From: an uncultured archaeon | GTDB lineage: Archaea; Aenigmatarchaeota; Aenigmatarchaeia; CG10238-14; SCSR01 | Assembly (NCBI GenBank): GCA_964539655.1 | Contig: CAZIJH010000002.1 | Location: 8,741-72,740, forward strand | Reading direction: 5' to 3' | Length of the DNA stretch: 64,000 bases | Shown: one piece after another, positions 8,422 to 16,916 of the stretch | Layout: each line of letters begins with the position of its first letter | Numbering within the stretch: the first letter of the stretch is position 1 | The notes under the pieces: generated by a model | Told to the model about the DNA's origin: nothing | Database searches by the model: none | Seen by the model: the letters and a program-made list of their open reading frames with translations, nothing else | Position numbers and translations under genes: made by a program

Positions 8422-9072
8422 TTATTTCTTATAAACTATTTCTCGAATCCTTCTATCATGTTCCAACCTTGAGACTCCCCAATACGTGAGCATCAATTCC
8501 CCGAGCAAATTTTGCCCCAAGAACATGTCTAAAATTTTCGAATCTTTATCGTCGTGGAAATAGCCAACCAGACACGTATACGGATCGTGATTTATTTTAT
8601 CGCCATCGGCGTGCGACGTAATCTTGATCGCTCTTACAGCCGGCATCCAGTTTCTTCTTCCAAATTTGTAAAACATTGCCTGGACATCGCTCGGATCAAA
8701 ACGCCTGCCATAACTCAACAAAATACTTGTTTCCGCGGTTTCCCTGTTAATGGATTGTATCGACGTATCCGAATCCTCGTATCCAAATCCATGAAGCCCG
8801 CTTGTCCAAAATTTTCTCAGATGATTCATGTTATGATGAGACAGACCAAAAGGAATTTTGACACAATACTGCTTGGTCAACTTTGACAAGTTGTTGTAGT
8901 TATTCGGACTGTGTGGAAAGGATTTCGGAAACTGAATGAAATGCGCCTTTATCCCGTGTTTTTCGACAACGTGCTCCTCTTTGCCTCCATCAATTTTCGG
9001 GACATTTATCCAAGCCTTCCGACCATTTTTTTCGTAGGCCCTTTTTTGGGATTCTGCGACCAGCAATGACAT
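8422..9072 (-). CDS. Thg1-like protein (tRNA-His guanylyltransferase / 3'-5' nucleotidyltransferase family), 216 aa
   Basis: Recalled Thg1 motifs were matched by eye. WINVPKIDGGKEEHVVEKHG resembles VVVRLDGRNFHRFAEKHNF. SYGRRFDPSD..AMFYKFGRRNWM resembles AYGQSDEYSFVFKRKTNWF. This is a tentative family assignment. Confidence 0.45.
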   Translation of the reverse strand: MSLLVAESQKRAYEKNGRKAWINVPKIDGGKEEHVVEKHGIKAHFIQFPKSFPHSPNNYNNLSKLTKQYCVKIPFGLSHHNMNHLRKFWTSGLHGFGYEDSDTSIQSINRETAETSILLSYGRRFDPSDVQAMFYKFGRRNWMPAVRAIKITSHADGDKINHDPYTCLVGYFHDDKDSKILDMFLGQNLLGELMLTYWGVSRLEHDRRIREIVYKK

Positions 9073-9159
9073 GATTATCGAATAACAGAGAAACTTTTTA
9101 AAGGTTGAGCTACAACTAGATTTACCCGCAAGTCACTGCTTCGGCAGGAGGGTCGTAAC

Positions 9160-9777
9160 ATGAATGAAAAAATATTGAAAGCCGTGAAGGAACTGAAAGA
9201 GAAATCCGAGAAAAGAAACTTTTCTCAAACTTTTGATTTGATCGTTTCCTTGAAAGATATCGACATGAAGAAGCCCGAGAGCAAGATCAACGAGGACTTC
9301 CCGCTTCCGCACAGCAGGGGAGACGACGCGAAGGTAATAATTTTTTCCGACACTCAAAAGTTTCCTGACGCGGAAGTGATGACCGGAGCCGACATAAATT
9401 CTCTTGCCGCGAACAAAAGGAACGCGAAAAAGATTGCGAGAGACACGGACTTCTTTTTGGCGGAAGCAAAGCTGATGCCTCTGGTCGGTAAGGTTCTCGG
9501 CCAGTCGCTCGGTCCAAGAGGAAAAGTCCCGAAGCTTCTTATCGGAAACATTCCGGACCTGGTGAAAAATTACAGACACGCCGTGAAGCTGAGGACAAAA
9601 GATTCTCCGGTGATACAATGCATGACCGGGAACGACAAGATGCCGGACGAGCAGATCGCGGAAAATATAGAAGCGGTTGTAAACTTTCTGGCGCACAAGC
9701 TTCCGCAAGGCAAGAACAACATCGGAAAGGTCCTGCTCAAAATGACAATGAGCAAGCCTATCAGGGTAGAGGTGTAA
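9160..9777 (+). CDS. rpl1: 50S ribosomal protein L1 (uL1)
   Basis: 205 aa with typical L1 N- and C-terminal regions. Confidence 0.9.
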   Translation: MNEKILKAVKELKEKSEKRNFSQTFDLIVSLKDIDMKKPESKINEDFPLPHSRGDDAKVIIFSDTQKFPDAEVMTGADINSLAANKRNAKKIARDTDFFLAEAKLMPLVGKVLGQSLGPRGKVPKLLIGNIPDLVKNYRHAVKLRTKDSPVIQCMTGNDKMPDEQIAENIEAVVNFLAHKLPQGKNNIGKVLLKMTMSKPIRVEV

Positions 9778-9781
9778 TGAG

Positions 9782-10558
9782 ATGGCGAAAGAACAAAAAA
9801 TAAAGGCGGTCGAGGAACTGAGAAAACTAATCGATTCTTATTCGACAGTCGGAATCATCGACATGAACAAGCTCGGAGCAAAGCAGCTGCAGGAAGTCAA
9901 GAAGGCCCTGCGCAGAAAGGCGAACATAATGATAACAAAGAAAACTATTTTGCTGCGCGCAATAAGATCATCGTCGAGAGAGAAAATCGGCGATCTCGAA
10001 AAACTTGCTCCACTCCAGCCAGCAATTGTGCTGACTAACGAGGATCCGTTCAAATTTTACGCCGTCGCGAGCAAACTGAAATCGCCGACATTCGCGAAGG
10101 AAGGCGACGTTGCGGAGGATGAAATTTTTGTTGCGGCAGGCCCGACAGGATTGATGCCGGGACCAGTCATCAGCGAATTCGCAAAAGTGAAGATACCAGC
10201 CGGTGTCGAGGAAGGAAAAATTTCAGTCAAGAAAGATACAGTAGTTGCAAAAAAAGGCGACAAGATTTCGAAGGATCTCGCGGTCATTTTGAGGAAGCTG
10301 AAGATACAGCCGATCAACGTCGGAATAATAATTTCAGCGGTTTACGAGAAGGGAATGATATACGTGAAGGACACGTTGGACCTTGTAGGGGAAAATTATC
10401 TGAACAAAATCAAGCAGGCTTTCAACGAAGCTTTAAATCTGTCTGTTGCCATAGGTTATCCAACAAAGGAGAACGTGGCTCAACTGTTGGCGAAAGCTTA
10501 CAGGCAGGCACAGGCTGTTGAAAAAATAATAAAACAACCAAGTGGAGGTTCGAATTAA
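9782..10558 (+). CDS. rplP0: 50S ribosomal protein L10 / acidic stalk protein P0 (uL10)
   Basis: 258 aa, MAKEQKIKAVEELRKLIDSY... in L1-P0-P1 order. Confidence 0.85.
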   Translation: MAKEQKIKAVEELRKLIDSYSTVGIIDMNKLGAKQLQEVKKALRRKANIMITKKTILLRAIRSSSREKIGDLEKLAPLQPAIVLTNEDPFKFYAVASKLKSPTFAKEGDVAEDEIFVAAGPTGLMPGPVISEFAKVKIPAGVEEGKISVKKDTVVAKKGDKISKDLAVILRKLKIQPINVGIIISAVYEKGMIYVKDTLDLVGENYLNKIKQAFNEALNLSVAIGYPTKENVAQLLAKAYRQAQAVEKIIKQPSGGSN

Positions 10559-10852
10559 ATGCAAGAAGTTTACGCCAGCTTAATACTGCACGATGCGAAG
10601 CAAGCTATCAGCGAGGACAACATCAAGAAAGTTTTGCAGAGCATAGGCAGCACAGTTGACGAAGCCAAAATCAAGGCCTTAGTTGCGTCGCTCGAAGGAC
10701 AGAACATCGACGAGCTCATCAAACAGGCTGCTGTTGCGGTGACCGCCGCGCCGGCTGCTGGAGCTAGCGAGAAGACGGAAGAGAAGAGCGAGGAAGAGGA
10801 GAAGAAGGCGTCTGAGGAAGCTTCGGCTGGATTGAGCGCACTATTCGGCTGA
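10559..10852 (+). CDS. rpl12: 50S ribosomal stalk protein P1 (aL12)
   Basis: 97 aa with an Ala-rich hinge and the acidic tail [18 protein letters not shown]. Confidence 0.85.
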   Translation: MQEVYASLILHDAKQAISEDNIKKVLQSIGSTVDEAKIKALVASLEGQNIDELIKQAAVAVTAAPAAGASEKTEEKSEEEEKKASEEASAGLSALFG

Positions 10853-10894
10853 AGTGATTTTTTACTTTCAGCTAGCCATGTAGGTGAAGAAATA

Positions 10895-11227
10895 GTGAAT
10901 AATTCAATCAGGGAAAAAATTGAAAGCGGATATTACTCCGATTCAAATCGTGCTCCGGATCTGAGAGTAATGTTAAGACTGCATGACGAGAACGCCCCGA
11001 TGTCCGTGGAGAATTTGTCAAGCGACACAAAAATTTCCATAGTCACGGTAAAAGATGCTATAATAAGATTACAGGGCCGTTTCTATCTTGATAGAGTTAA
11101 GACATCTTCGGGCCTGAAATATTTACTCACAAAATTAGGAAAGGATTACGCGCTAACCAAAGAAGAAGCGACAAATTCTCATTTGATGATCGGAAAGGTT
11201 CTTGAAATGGAGACTACTGAATGTTAG
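10895..11227 (+). CDS. Hypothetical protein (110 aa), possible winged-helix
   Basis: ORF with a 4-nt ATGA-type overlap to the HIT gene. No recognisable family. Confidence 0.4.
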   Translation: MNNSIREKIESGYYSDSNRAPDLRVMLRLHDENAPMSVENLSSDTKISIVTVKDAIIRLQGRFYLDRVKTSSGLKYLLTKLGKDYALTKEEATNSHLMIGKVLEMETTEC

Positions 11228-11631
11228 ACGACAACTGCATTTTCTGCAAAATAGTAGAAGGGAAACTCCCGGCGGTCAAAATTTGGGAGGACGATGAACA
11301 TGTTGCGATTTTGGACCTTTATCCGCGGGTCGAAGGTCAGACTCTCGTCATAACGAAGGAACATTTCGATTCGTACGCATTCGACCTACCGGACGATGTT
11401 TTTGAAAAACTTTTGATGGCGGCGAAAAAAATCGGGAAGACGCTTGACAAGGCGCTCGGTGCCGAAAAGACGGTAATGATAACAGAAGGTTACGGTGTCA
11501 ATCACGTTCACGTCAAACTTTATCCGAACCCTCCCGGAGGATACGAAGGATTCACCACAACTGCATTGGGCCAGAAGGCGACAGTCGAAAGCCTTGAGGA
11601 AGTTGCCAAAAAAATCCGCGAGGCGATCTAA
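11221..11631 (+). CDS. HIT-family (histidine triad) nucleotide hydrolase
   Basis: The histidine triad VNHVHVKL (HxHxHxx) is present, and the N-terminal CIFCKI is a zinc-binding motif. Confidence 0.8.
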   Translation: MLDDNCIFCKIVEGKLPAVKIWEDDEHVAILDLYPRVEGQTLVITKEHFDSYAFDLPDDVFEKLLMAAKKIGKTLDKALGAEKTVMITEGYGVNHVHVKLYPNPPGGYEGFTTTALGQKATVESLEEVAKKIREAI

Positions 11632-12002
11632 TGGTTGAGCTGAAAGATATTTTCAAATTCCAGAAAGAGTTCGACGAGAAGCACGGATGGATCTGGGACC
11701 ATGCCGACCCGGAAAAGAGAAGCAACATGCTGAAGCTGGGCGCGCTTGCGTTGGCGGGAGAGGCTGGGGAGTTTGCGAATCTTGTGAAAAAAGTCTGGAG
11801 GCAGCTGGACCACGACGGAACGGGCCCGAGCGCGGAGATGGTTAAAAAATTGCAAGAGGAAATCGTGGATGTTTTTATCTACGTTGTAACTTTGAGCGAA
11901 AATTTAAATCTGGACCTTGAGAAAGGTTATTTCGACAAGATGAAGTTTAACAACGAAAGGTTCCAAAAATTCGAGAAGGGAAAAGATGAAACAACTGCTT
12001 GA
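11631..12002 (+). CDS. MazG-like all-alpha NTP pyrophosphohydrolase
   Basis: LALAGEAGEFANLVKK (EExGE-type metal-binding helix). There is a 1-nt stop/start overlap with the HIT gene. Confidence 0.6.
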   Translation: MVELKDIFKFQKEFDEKHGWIWDHADPEKRSNMLKLGALALAGEAGEFANLVKKVWRQLDHDGTGPSAEMVKKLQEEIVDVFIYVVTLSENLNLDLEKGYFDKMKFNNERFQKFEKGKDETTA

Positions 12003-12600
12003 ACTCGCTGAAAAAATCCAGAACAAGGAACTGAGGAAAAAGGTAATCGATTTTATCAAGGATCCCACGCCGACACACAAGGATTTCAAGAAATATCCGA
12101 AAGGAAAATGGGATGAAATAAAAACTTGGTTTTCTGTCGGAGGAAGCCCTGTCGAGCGAGATGTTCTCAACCACACTTCCGCAGTCACAGAACTTTGCAT
12201 TTCTATCGCTGACATAGTCGAGAGAAATTACAAGACGACTGTCAACAAGGATTTCCTAATTGCCGGCGCGCTTCTGCACGACGTCATGAAACTTGTGGAA
12301 TGGAAAATGGGAGAGCTCGGTCCGGAGCACACAGGAATCATGCTCGACCACTCAATCATGGGATCCGCGGAACTTTACAGCAGGGAATTTCCGGAGGAAA
12401 TCATCCACATAGTCGCGTCGCATTTCGGCGAACACGGGCCAACCGCTCCAAGAACGATAGAGGCGTACATAGTCTACAATGTCGACAGCTTCCTAGCGAT
12501 GATAGAATACAACATCAACCTTCCGAAGCAGAAAGCGCAGCAGCTTCCAATGATTTTGTTCGACGACGAAACGATTAAGAAACTCGGCGAGAAATCTTAA
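11986..12600 (+). CDS. HD-domain phosphohydrolase
   Basis: The ALLHDVMK (HD) motif plus downstream His and Asp residues mark an HD domain. Confidence 0.75.
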   Translation: MKQLLELAEKIQNKELRKKVIDFIKDPTPTHKDFKKYPKGKWDEIKTWFSVGGSPVERDVLNHTSAVTELCISIADIVERNYKTTVNKDFLIAGALLHDVMKLVEWKMGELGPEHTGIMLDHSIMGSAELYSREFPEEIIHIVASHFGEHGPTAPRTIEAYIVYNVDSFLAMIEYNINLPKQKAQQLPMILFDDETIKKLGEKS

Positions 12601-12603
12601 TAG

Positions 12604-13710
12604 ATGTCAGAAGAACTTATTTCTAAAACGATAAAACCCGCGACTGATTTTATTGGAAAAATAAAGAAAGACAGCAGGGTCACGATAGTTTACGGGCATG
12701 ACAACGATACGATATGCTCAGCAGCAATAATTTACAAACTTATTGAAAAGAAATTCGGAATAAAATCAAAACTCGTCGTGTCCGAATTCAATTTCAAACT
12801 TGGCGAAAGTTCTTTTGATGAAATCAAAAAATCCAATCCAGAATTCGTGATTGTTCTCGACATCGCGGAAATCCCGAAAATCACCGAGGTGTTCTTAGAA
12901 AATTATGAAACCATTGTGATAGATCATCACGGACCGTCAATTTACAAAAAATTGGCATATTCCAATCCAATGCTGCACGACAAAAAATCCTACATACCAG
13001 TGACTTACATTTCTTACAGGATTTACAAAACGTTTTTCGACCCAAAAGAAATTTTGTGGATAGCTGGCATCGGGACGTTGGCAGATCATGGAGTGAGACA
13101 GACTACCGACCTTTTCAAGGAAATCAAGAAATACAATTATGAGTTGGTCGATGACATTGAATTCGTAGATGAAAAAATGTTTGACTCTACAACGTTAGGA
13201 CTTTTATCAAAAATGTTCGATTCTGCAGCAGTAGTGAAAAATATCGAAGGGGTCAGGCTTGCAGAAAAAATCCTTATCGAATCCGGTTCGTACAAAGACA
13301 TACTGCAATTGAAAAATGCAGACATCAAAAAACTTTCGTCATTGTATGAAACCAAAAGAAAAGAATTCGAAAGGCTGGTCGATGATTTTCACAAGAACAA
13401 AAAAGAAATCGGGATGTTTCTGATTTACGAGATAAAATCAAAATTGAAACTCAAATCAAATCTCGCTGGATACATACAGCAATTCTACAAAGACAAAATA
13501 ATCGTTGTCTACCAGCTACAAAAAGATTTTTACGAGATGAGCTTCAGGAGAGGACCGGATGTTAAAACAGATTTAAGAACTGTTGCAAAGTTTTCTGTAA
13601 GATCTATTGAAAATTCCAGCGCCGGGGGGCACGAGCCGGCATCCGCCGCAAGAATTCCAAAAAAAGATTTGGACAAATTCGTTGAGAATTTGAAATTATA
13701 TTCTGAATAA
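12604..13710 (+). CDS. DHH/DHHA1 phosphoesterase (RecJ-like/NrnA-like)
   Basis: DHH motifs GHDNDTICSA and VIDHHG, plus the DHHA1 GGH motif SAGGHEPASAA. Confidence 0.8.
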   Translation: MSEELISKTIKPATDFIGKIKKDSRVTIVYGHDNDTICSAAIIYKLIEKKFGIKSKLVVSEFNFKLGESSFDEIKKSNPEFVIVLDIAEIPKITEVFLENYETIVIDHHGPSIYKKLAYSNPMLHDKKSYIPVTYISYRIYKTFFDPKEILWIAGIGTLADHGVRQTTDLFKEIKKYNYELVDDIEFVDEKMFDSTTLGLLSKMFDSAAVVKNIEGVRLAEKILIESGSYKDILQLKNADIKKLSSLYETKRKEFERLVDDFHKNKKEIGMFLIYEIKSKLKLKSNLAGYIQQFYKDKIIVVYQLQKDFYEMSFRRGPDVKTDLRTVAKFSVRSIENSSAGGHEPASAARIPKKDLDKFVENLKLYSE

Positions 13711-13786
13711 TATGTTATGGACTATGGGAAATCTACTCCCCCGAAAAACGCCTAAGCCGACGCGACAAAATAATTTTTAGATTGAC

Positions 13787-13972
13787 ATGAAATGCAAAAA
13801 ATGCAGCTCGCCGAGACTCATGAGCTTCATAGACGGAGACGGACAGCACAGGCTGTTCTGCAGGATCTGCTCGATAAGCTTCCTGGATTCTTCTTTTAAG
13901 GTCCCGCGCCAGATCGAACTTCGTATGCCAAGAATATACAAGAACAATGCGGCCCTTGTGAGGAGAGGATGA
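13787..13972 (+). CDS. Small zinc-ribbon protein (61 aa)
   Basis: CKKC...CRIC forms one zinc ribbon. Its stop overlaps the next small ORF start (ATGA). Confidence 0.3.
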   Translation: MKCKKCSSPRLMSFIDGDGQHRLFCRICSISFLDSSFKVPRQIELRMPRIYKNNAALVRRG

Positions 13973-14133
13973 AAATGATGATGACTGTCGCGAGCGCCCA
14001 GGTTGAATTCCTGATTGACGAGAACGGCAACAAGAAGATGCGCGTGAACATTTTCAAGAACGGAAAGACGTACGGATTCATGAAGCCGGTTGTTTCTTTT
14101 AAGGGAGAGCAGAGCCTTCGAAAATCCTTATAG
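13969..14133 (+). CDS. Small protein (54 aa), strong SD AGGAGAGG upstream
   Basis: Read manually: MKMMMTVASAQVEFLIDENGNKKMRVNIFKNGKTYGFMKPVVSFKGEQSLRKSL. The GGAGAGG motif lies 1-8 nt before the ATG. Confidence 0.35.
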   Translation: MKMMMTVASAQVEFLIDENGNKKMRVNIFKNGKTYGFMKPVVSFKGEQSLRKSL

Positions 14134-14260
14134 ACCATTCCGCTTCGCCAAGGTCTCTGCTATTTCCCAATTTCCTAATTTTTAACATACAACTATAATT
14201 TGCTTCCATTAAAATGGAAAAAGAATTTAAGCTGGGCCGAGACATTAAGAAGTAGTTGAA

Positions 14261-14815
14261 ATGGTAGACGGAATCCTTCTTTGGGGAATAGTCGGGCTTG
14301 CGGGACTTTTCATAGTCGTCTTTGTCTATTACTACAACCGCGTCCGCGAACTTTCCAACAGGATCGGCAACGCGTGGTCGCAGATAGACGTTCAACTGAA
14401 AAAGAGGGCGGACCTAGTTCCGAATCTTGTCAGCACAGTGAAGGGATACATGAAGCACGAGAAGGACGCGATAAAGATGGTCACCGAAGCCAGGGAAAAG
14501 ATGATGGCCGCCGGAGGCATGAAAGAAAAGGCGAAGGCGAACGACCAACTTTCAAAGGCTCTGAAAACAATTTTTGCGCTTGCTGAAAACTATCCGAACC
14601 TGAAGGCGAGCGAGAACTTCACACTGCTGCAGGAGCAGCTGGAAGGAATAGAAAACAAAGTTGCATACTCGAGACAATTTTACAACGATTCTGTTCTGGA
14701 GTTCAACAACCTGATCACGACCATACCGGGCAAATGGTTCGCTGGCGGAAGAACGACGAAGGAATATTTCGAGGCTTCTGAAAAAGAAAGAGCGCCGGTG
14801 AAAGTTGAATTTTGA
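14261..14815 (+). CDS. lemA: LemA family membrane protein
   Basis: N-terminal TM helix followed by a LemA domain (...FYNDSVLEFNNLITTIPG...). Confidence 0.8.
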   Translation: MVDGILLWGIVGLAGLFIVVFVYYYNRVRELSNRIGNAWSQIDVQLKKRADLVPNLVSTVKGYMKHEKDAIKMVTEAREKMMAAGGMKEKAKANDQLSKALKTIFALAENYPNLKASENFTLLQEQLEGIENKVAYSRQFYNDSVLEFNNLITTIPGKWFAGGRTTKEYFEASEKERAPVKVEF

Positions 14816-15707
14816 AATGAAAGCAGTAAACCTTTTCGACCAGATCAATCTCAACAAAAGAAATTCTGTACTTCTAAGTTTCCTTGTCATCGCAGTTCTG
14901 ATGTCGCTCGTCTACGTGATAATGCAAATCTTCACTTCCGGATTTTCGATAGGCATACTGACAATCTCGGGACTCCTGATAATTCTGTACACGTATTTCA
15001 CGTACCAGTACGGGGACAAAATCGTAATTGCTGCGACCGGAGCAAGACTTGTTCAGGACGAGAGAAAATACGCACATCTTGTAAATTCAGTCGAAGGACT
15101 CAGCATAGCGGCGGGCATACCAAAACCGAAAATCTACGTGATGGAGAGCGACGATATCAATGCGTTCGCGACTGGTAAGGACCCGAAAAACGCAAGCATA
15201 GCGGTCACGAGAGGAGCGATCGAAAAACTAAACAGGCAGGAACTCGAAGGAGTGATAGGACATGAAATATCACACGTGAGAAATTTCGACATAAGATTTG
15301 CGACAGTAGTAGGCGTGATGGTAGGACTGGTCGCGATAATCAGCGACATGTTTCTGAGGTCGATGTGGTACGGTGGTGACAGAAGGGACAGGGGAAAGGA
15401 AGGAGGAATTTTAATTTTGATCGGGCTTGTGCTTGCCGTGCTCGCTCCGATCGTAGTCAGGCTGGTCCAGCTTGCGATATCAAGAAAAAGAGAGTATCTC
15501 GCAGACGCGTCGTCCGCACAGCTGACAAGATATCCGGACGGTCTCGCCGACGCTCTTGAAAAAATTAAAAAGAACCACAACAAGATGAAAATCAGCGATG
15601 CTGTCTCGCATCTTTTCTTTGACGATCCGACAAAGACCCATCTAGACAGCCTTTTCGCAACGCATCCGAGCATCGATTCAAGAATCAAGCTGCTAAGAAG
15701 CATGTGA
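14805..15707 (+). CDS. htpX: HtpX-like zinc metalloprotease (M48)
   Basis: HEISHVRN (HExxH) plus four TM segments. Pairing with LemA is common. Confidence 0.85.
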   Translation: MNFEMKAVNLFDQINLNKRNSVLLSFLVIAVLMSLVYVIMQIFTSGFSIGILTISGLLIILYTYFTYQYGDKIVIAATGARLVQDERKYAHLVNSVEGLSIAAGIPKPKIYVMESDDINAFATGKDPKNASIAVTRGAIEKLNRQELEGVIGHEISHVRNFDIRFATVVGVMVGLVAIISDMFLRSMWYGGDRRDRGKEGGILILIGLVLAVLAPIVVRLVQLAISRKREYLADASSAQLTRYPDGLADALEKIKKNHNKMKISDAVSHLFFDDPTKTHLDSLFATHPSIDSRIKLLRSM

Positions 15708-15737
15708 TTTTTAAAGTTTGGTTACTTACTGTTATTC

Positions 15738-16259
15738 ATGGGCTCGTTCAACAAGGAAGTTGAAATGAAATTTTTTCTTGACAAGTTCCCAGAAAAGTTA
15801 AAGGATGCCCCGTTCAACGAATCAGAAGAAGTCGACGAATATTTCATGAATGACGAAATTGCAAAGGAAGGCAGGTTATATCTCAGAATACGAAGCAGGG
15901 GAATCAGGAAAGTTTTAGAATTAAAGGAAATAATGAAACACGGATACGATACCGGAGTTTGTAATGCAGAAGAAACTGTAATTGAAATATCAAACGACGA
16001 TTACGAGGACATCAAAAAGATTTTGCAGAAAGTTTTGCCGTTAAAATTCACAATCAAGAAAATTAGAAAGAAGATGAAATTCAACGAATGTGAAATTTGC
16101 ATAGATGACGTCGAGCAGTTGGGAAAATTCATCGAGGTCGAAGGAACCGAGGAAAAAATTCTGGAAACGTGTAAAATATTGGAAATAGATATGAATTCTG
16201 TCGACAAGAGCGGTGGCTACGCACAAATGATGCTTAGGAAGATCGGTGCGATAAATTAA
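15738..16259 (+). CDS. CYTH-domain protein (CyaB/ThTPase-like triphosphate tunnel metalloenzyme)
   Basis: N-terminal EVEMKF (ExExK) and internal FIEVEGTEE are CYTH signatures. Confidence 0.65.
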   Translation: MGSFNKEVEMKFFLDKFPEKLKDAPFNESEEVDEYFMNDEIAKEGRLYLRIRSRGIRKVLELKEIMKHGYDTGVCNAEETVIEISNDDYEDIKKILQKVLPLKFTIKKIRKKMKFNECEICIDDVEQLGKFIEVEGTEEKILETCKILEIDMNSVDKSGGYAQMMLRKIGAIN

Positions 16260-16912
16260 TTTTTGGATTTCATCACGACAAACAAATGATGCTTCTCGTA
16301 CGGATCCAATTCAACCTTCTCAAGAATTTCAAAATGCTGCTCCAAAACGGTCAGCGCTTCCTTGTAAATCTCGCGCGGATTTTTCGTGACATCTATCGAC
16401 TGGCTCTTGATAGCAATCATCGCGTGGCCTTTCGGCTTCAAAAATTTCTGGGCGTTCCTGATAAGAATCTCAATCTGGTCGGGACTTGCAACGTCTTCGA
16501 AGACCAAATCAACTTTCTCGAAAATCTGGTTCTCATATTTTTCGGGCATCCTTGCGTCGGCAAGTATAGGTATAATATTTCCGCGACTTTCTGCAACTGC
16601 GATGAGATCGCGCAAAACTCTTTCTGCAATGTCAACGCCGTAAATTATTCCCTCGCTTCCTATCACGTCTGAAAAATGAGACGAGGTAGTTCCGCTAGCT
16701 ATCCCAAGATAAAGAATCTTCATCCCCCTTTCAAGCGGGAAAAATTTCAATCCGTTCTTCAACGCGGCAGCCGGCTTGCTCCTGTAATAATCCCACACCC
16801 TGTATTCAACGCCGTCTTTCATGACAAGCTCTTCGCCGTAAACTTTTTTTCCCGGAACAAGATTCGGCGTCAGGAATTTCCCTTTCTCCCTCAGAATATT
16901 TTCAGGCAACAT
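16256..16912 (-). CDS. flpA: Fibrillarin (rRNA/tRNA 2'-O-methyltransferase)
   Basis: 218 aa with SAM motif KILYLGIASGTTSSHFSD. It lies immediately downstream of Nop5. Confidence 0.9.
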   Translation of the reverse strand: MLPENILREKGKFLTPNLVPGKKVYGEELVMKDGVEYRVWDYYRSKPAAALKNGLKFFPLERGMKILYLGIASGTTSSHFSDVIGSEGIIYGVDIAERVLRDLIAVAESRGNIIPILADARMPEKYENQIFEKVDLVFEDVASPDQIEILIRNAQKFLKPKGHAMIAIKSQSIDVTKNPREIYKEALTVLEQHFEILEKVELDPYEKHHLFVVMKSKN

Positions 16913-16916
16913 AATA

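Noticed and set aside
8160-9072. Possibility that the insertion between L11 and L1 is a CRISPR adaptation module (Cas1-Cas2)
   Set aside because: No repeat-spacer array is present anywhere in the window. The 216-aa protein is too short for Cas1 and lacks its conserved E/H/E pattern. It is better explained as Thg1-like. Only the Cas2-like fold similarity of the small protein is retained.
14099-14395. 98-aa minus-strand ORF overlapping lemA start
   Set aside because: It overlaps the well-supported LemA gene and a promoter region. No motifs.
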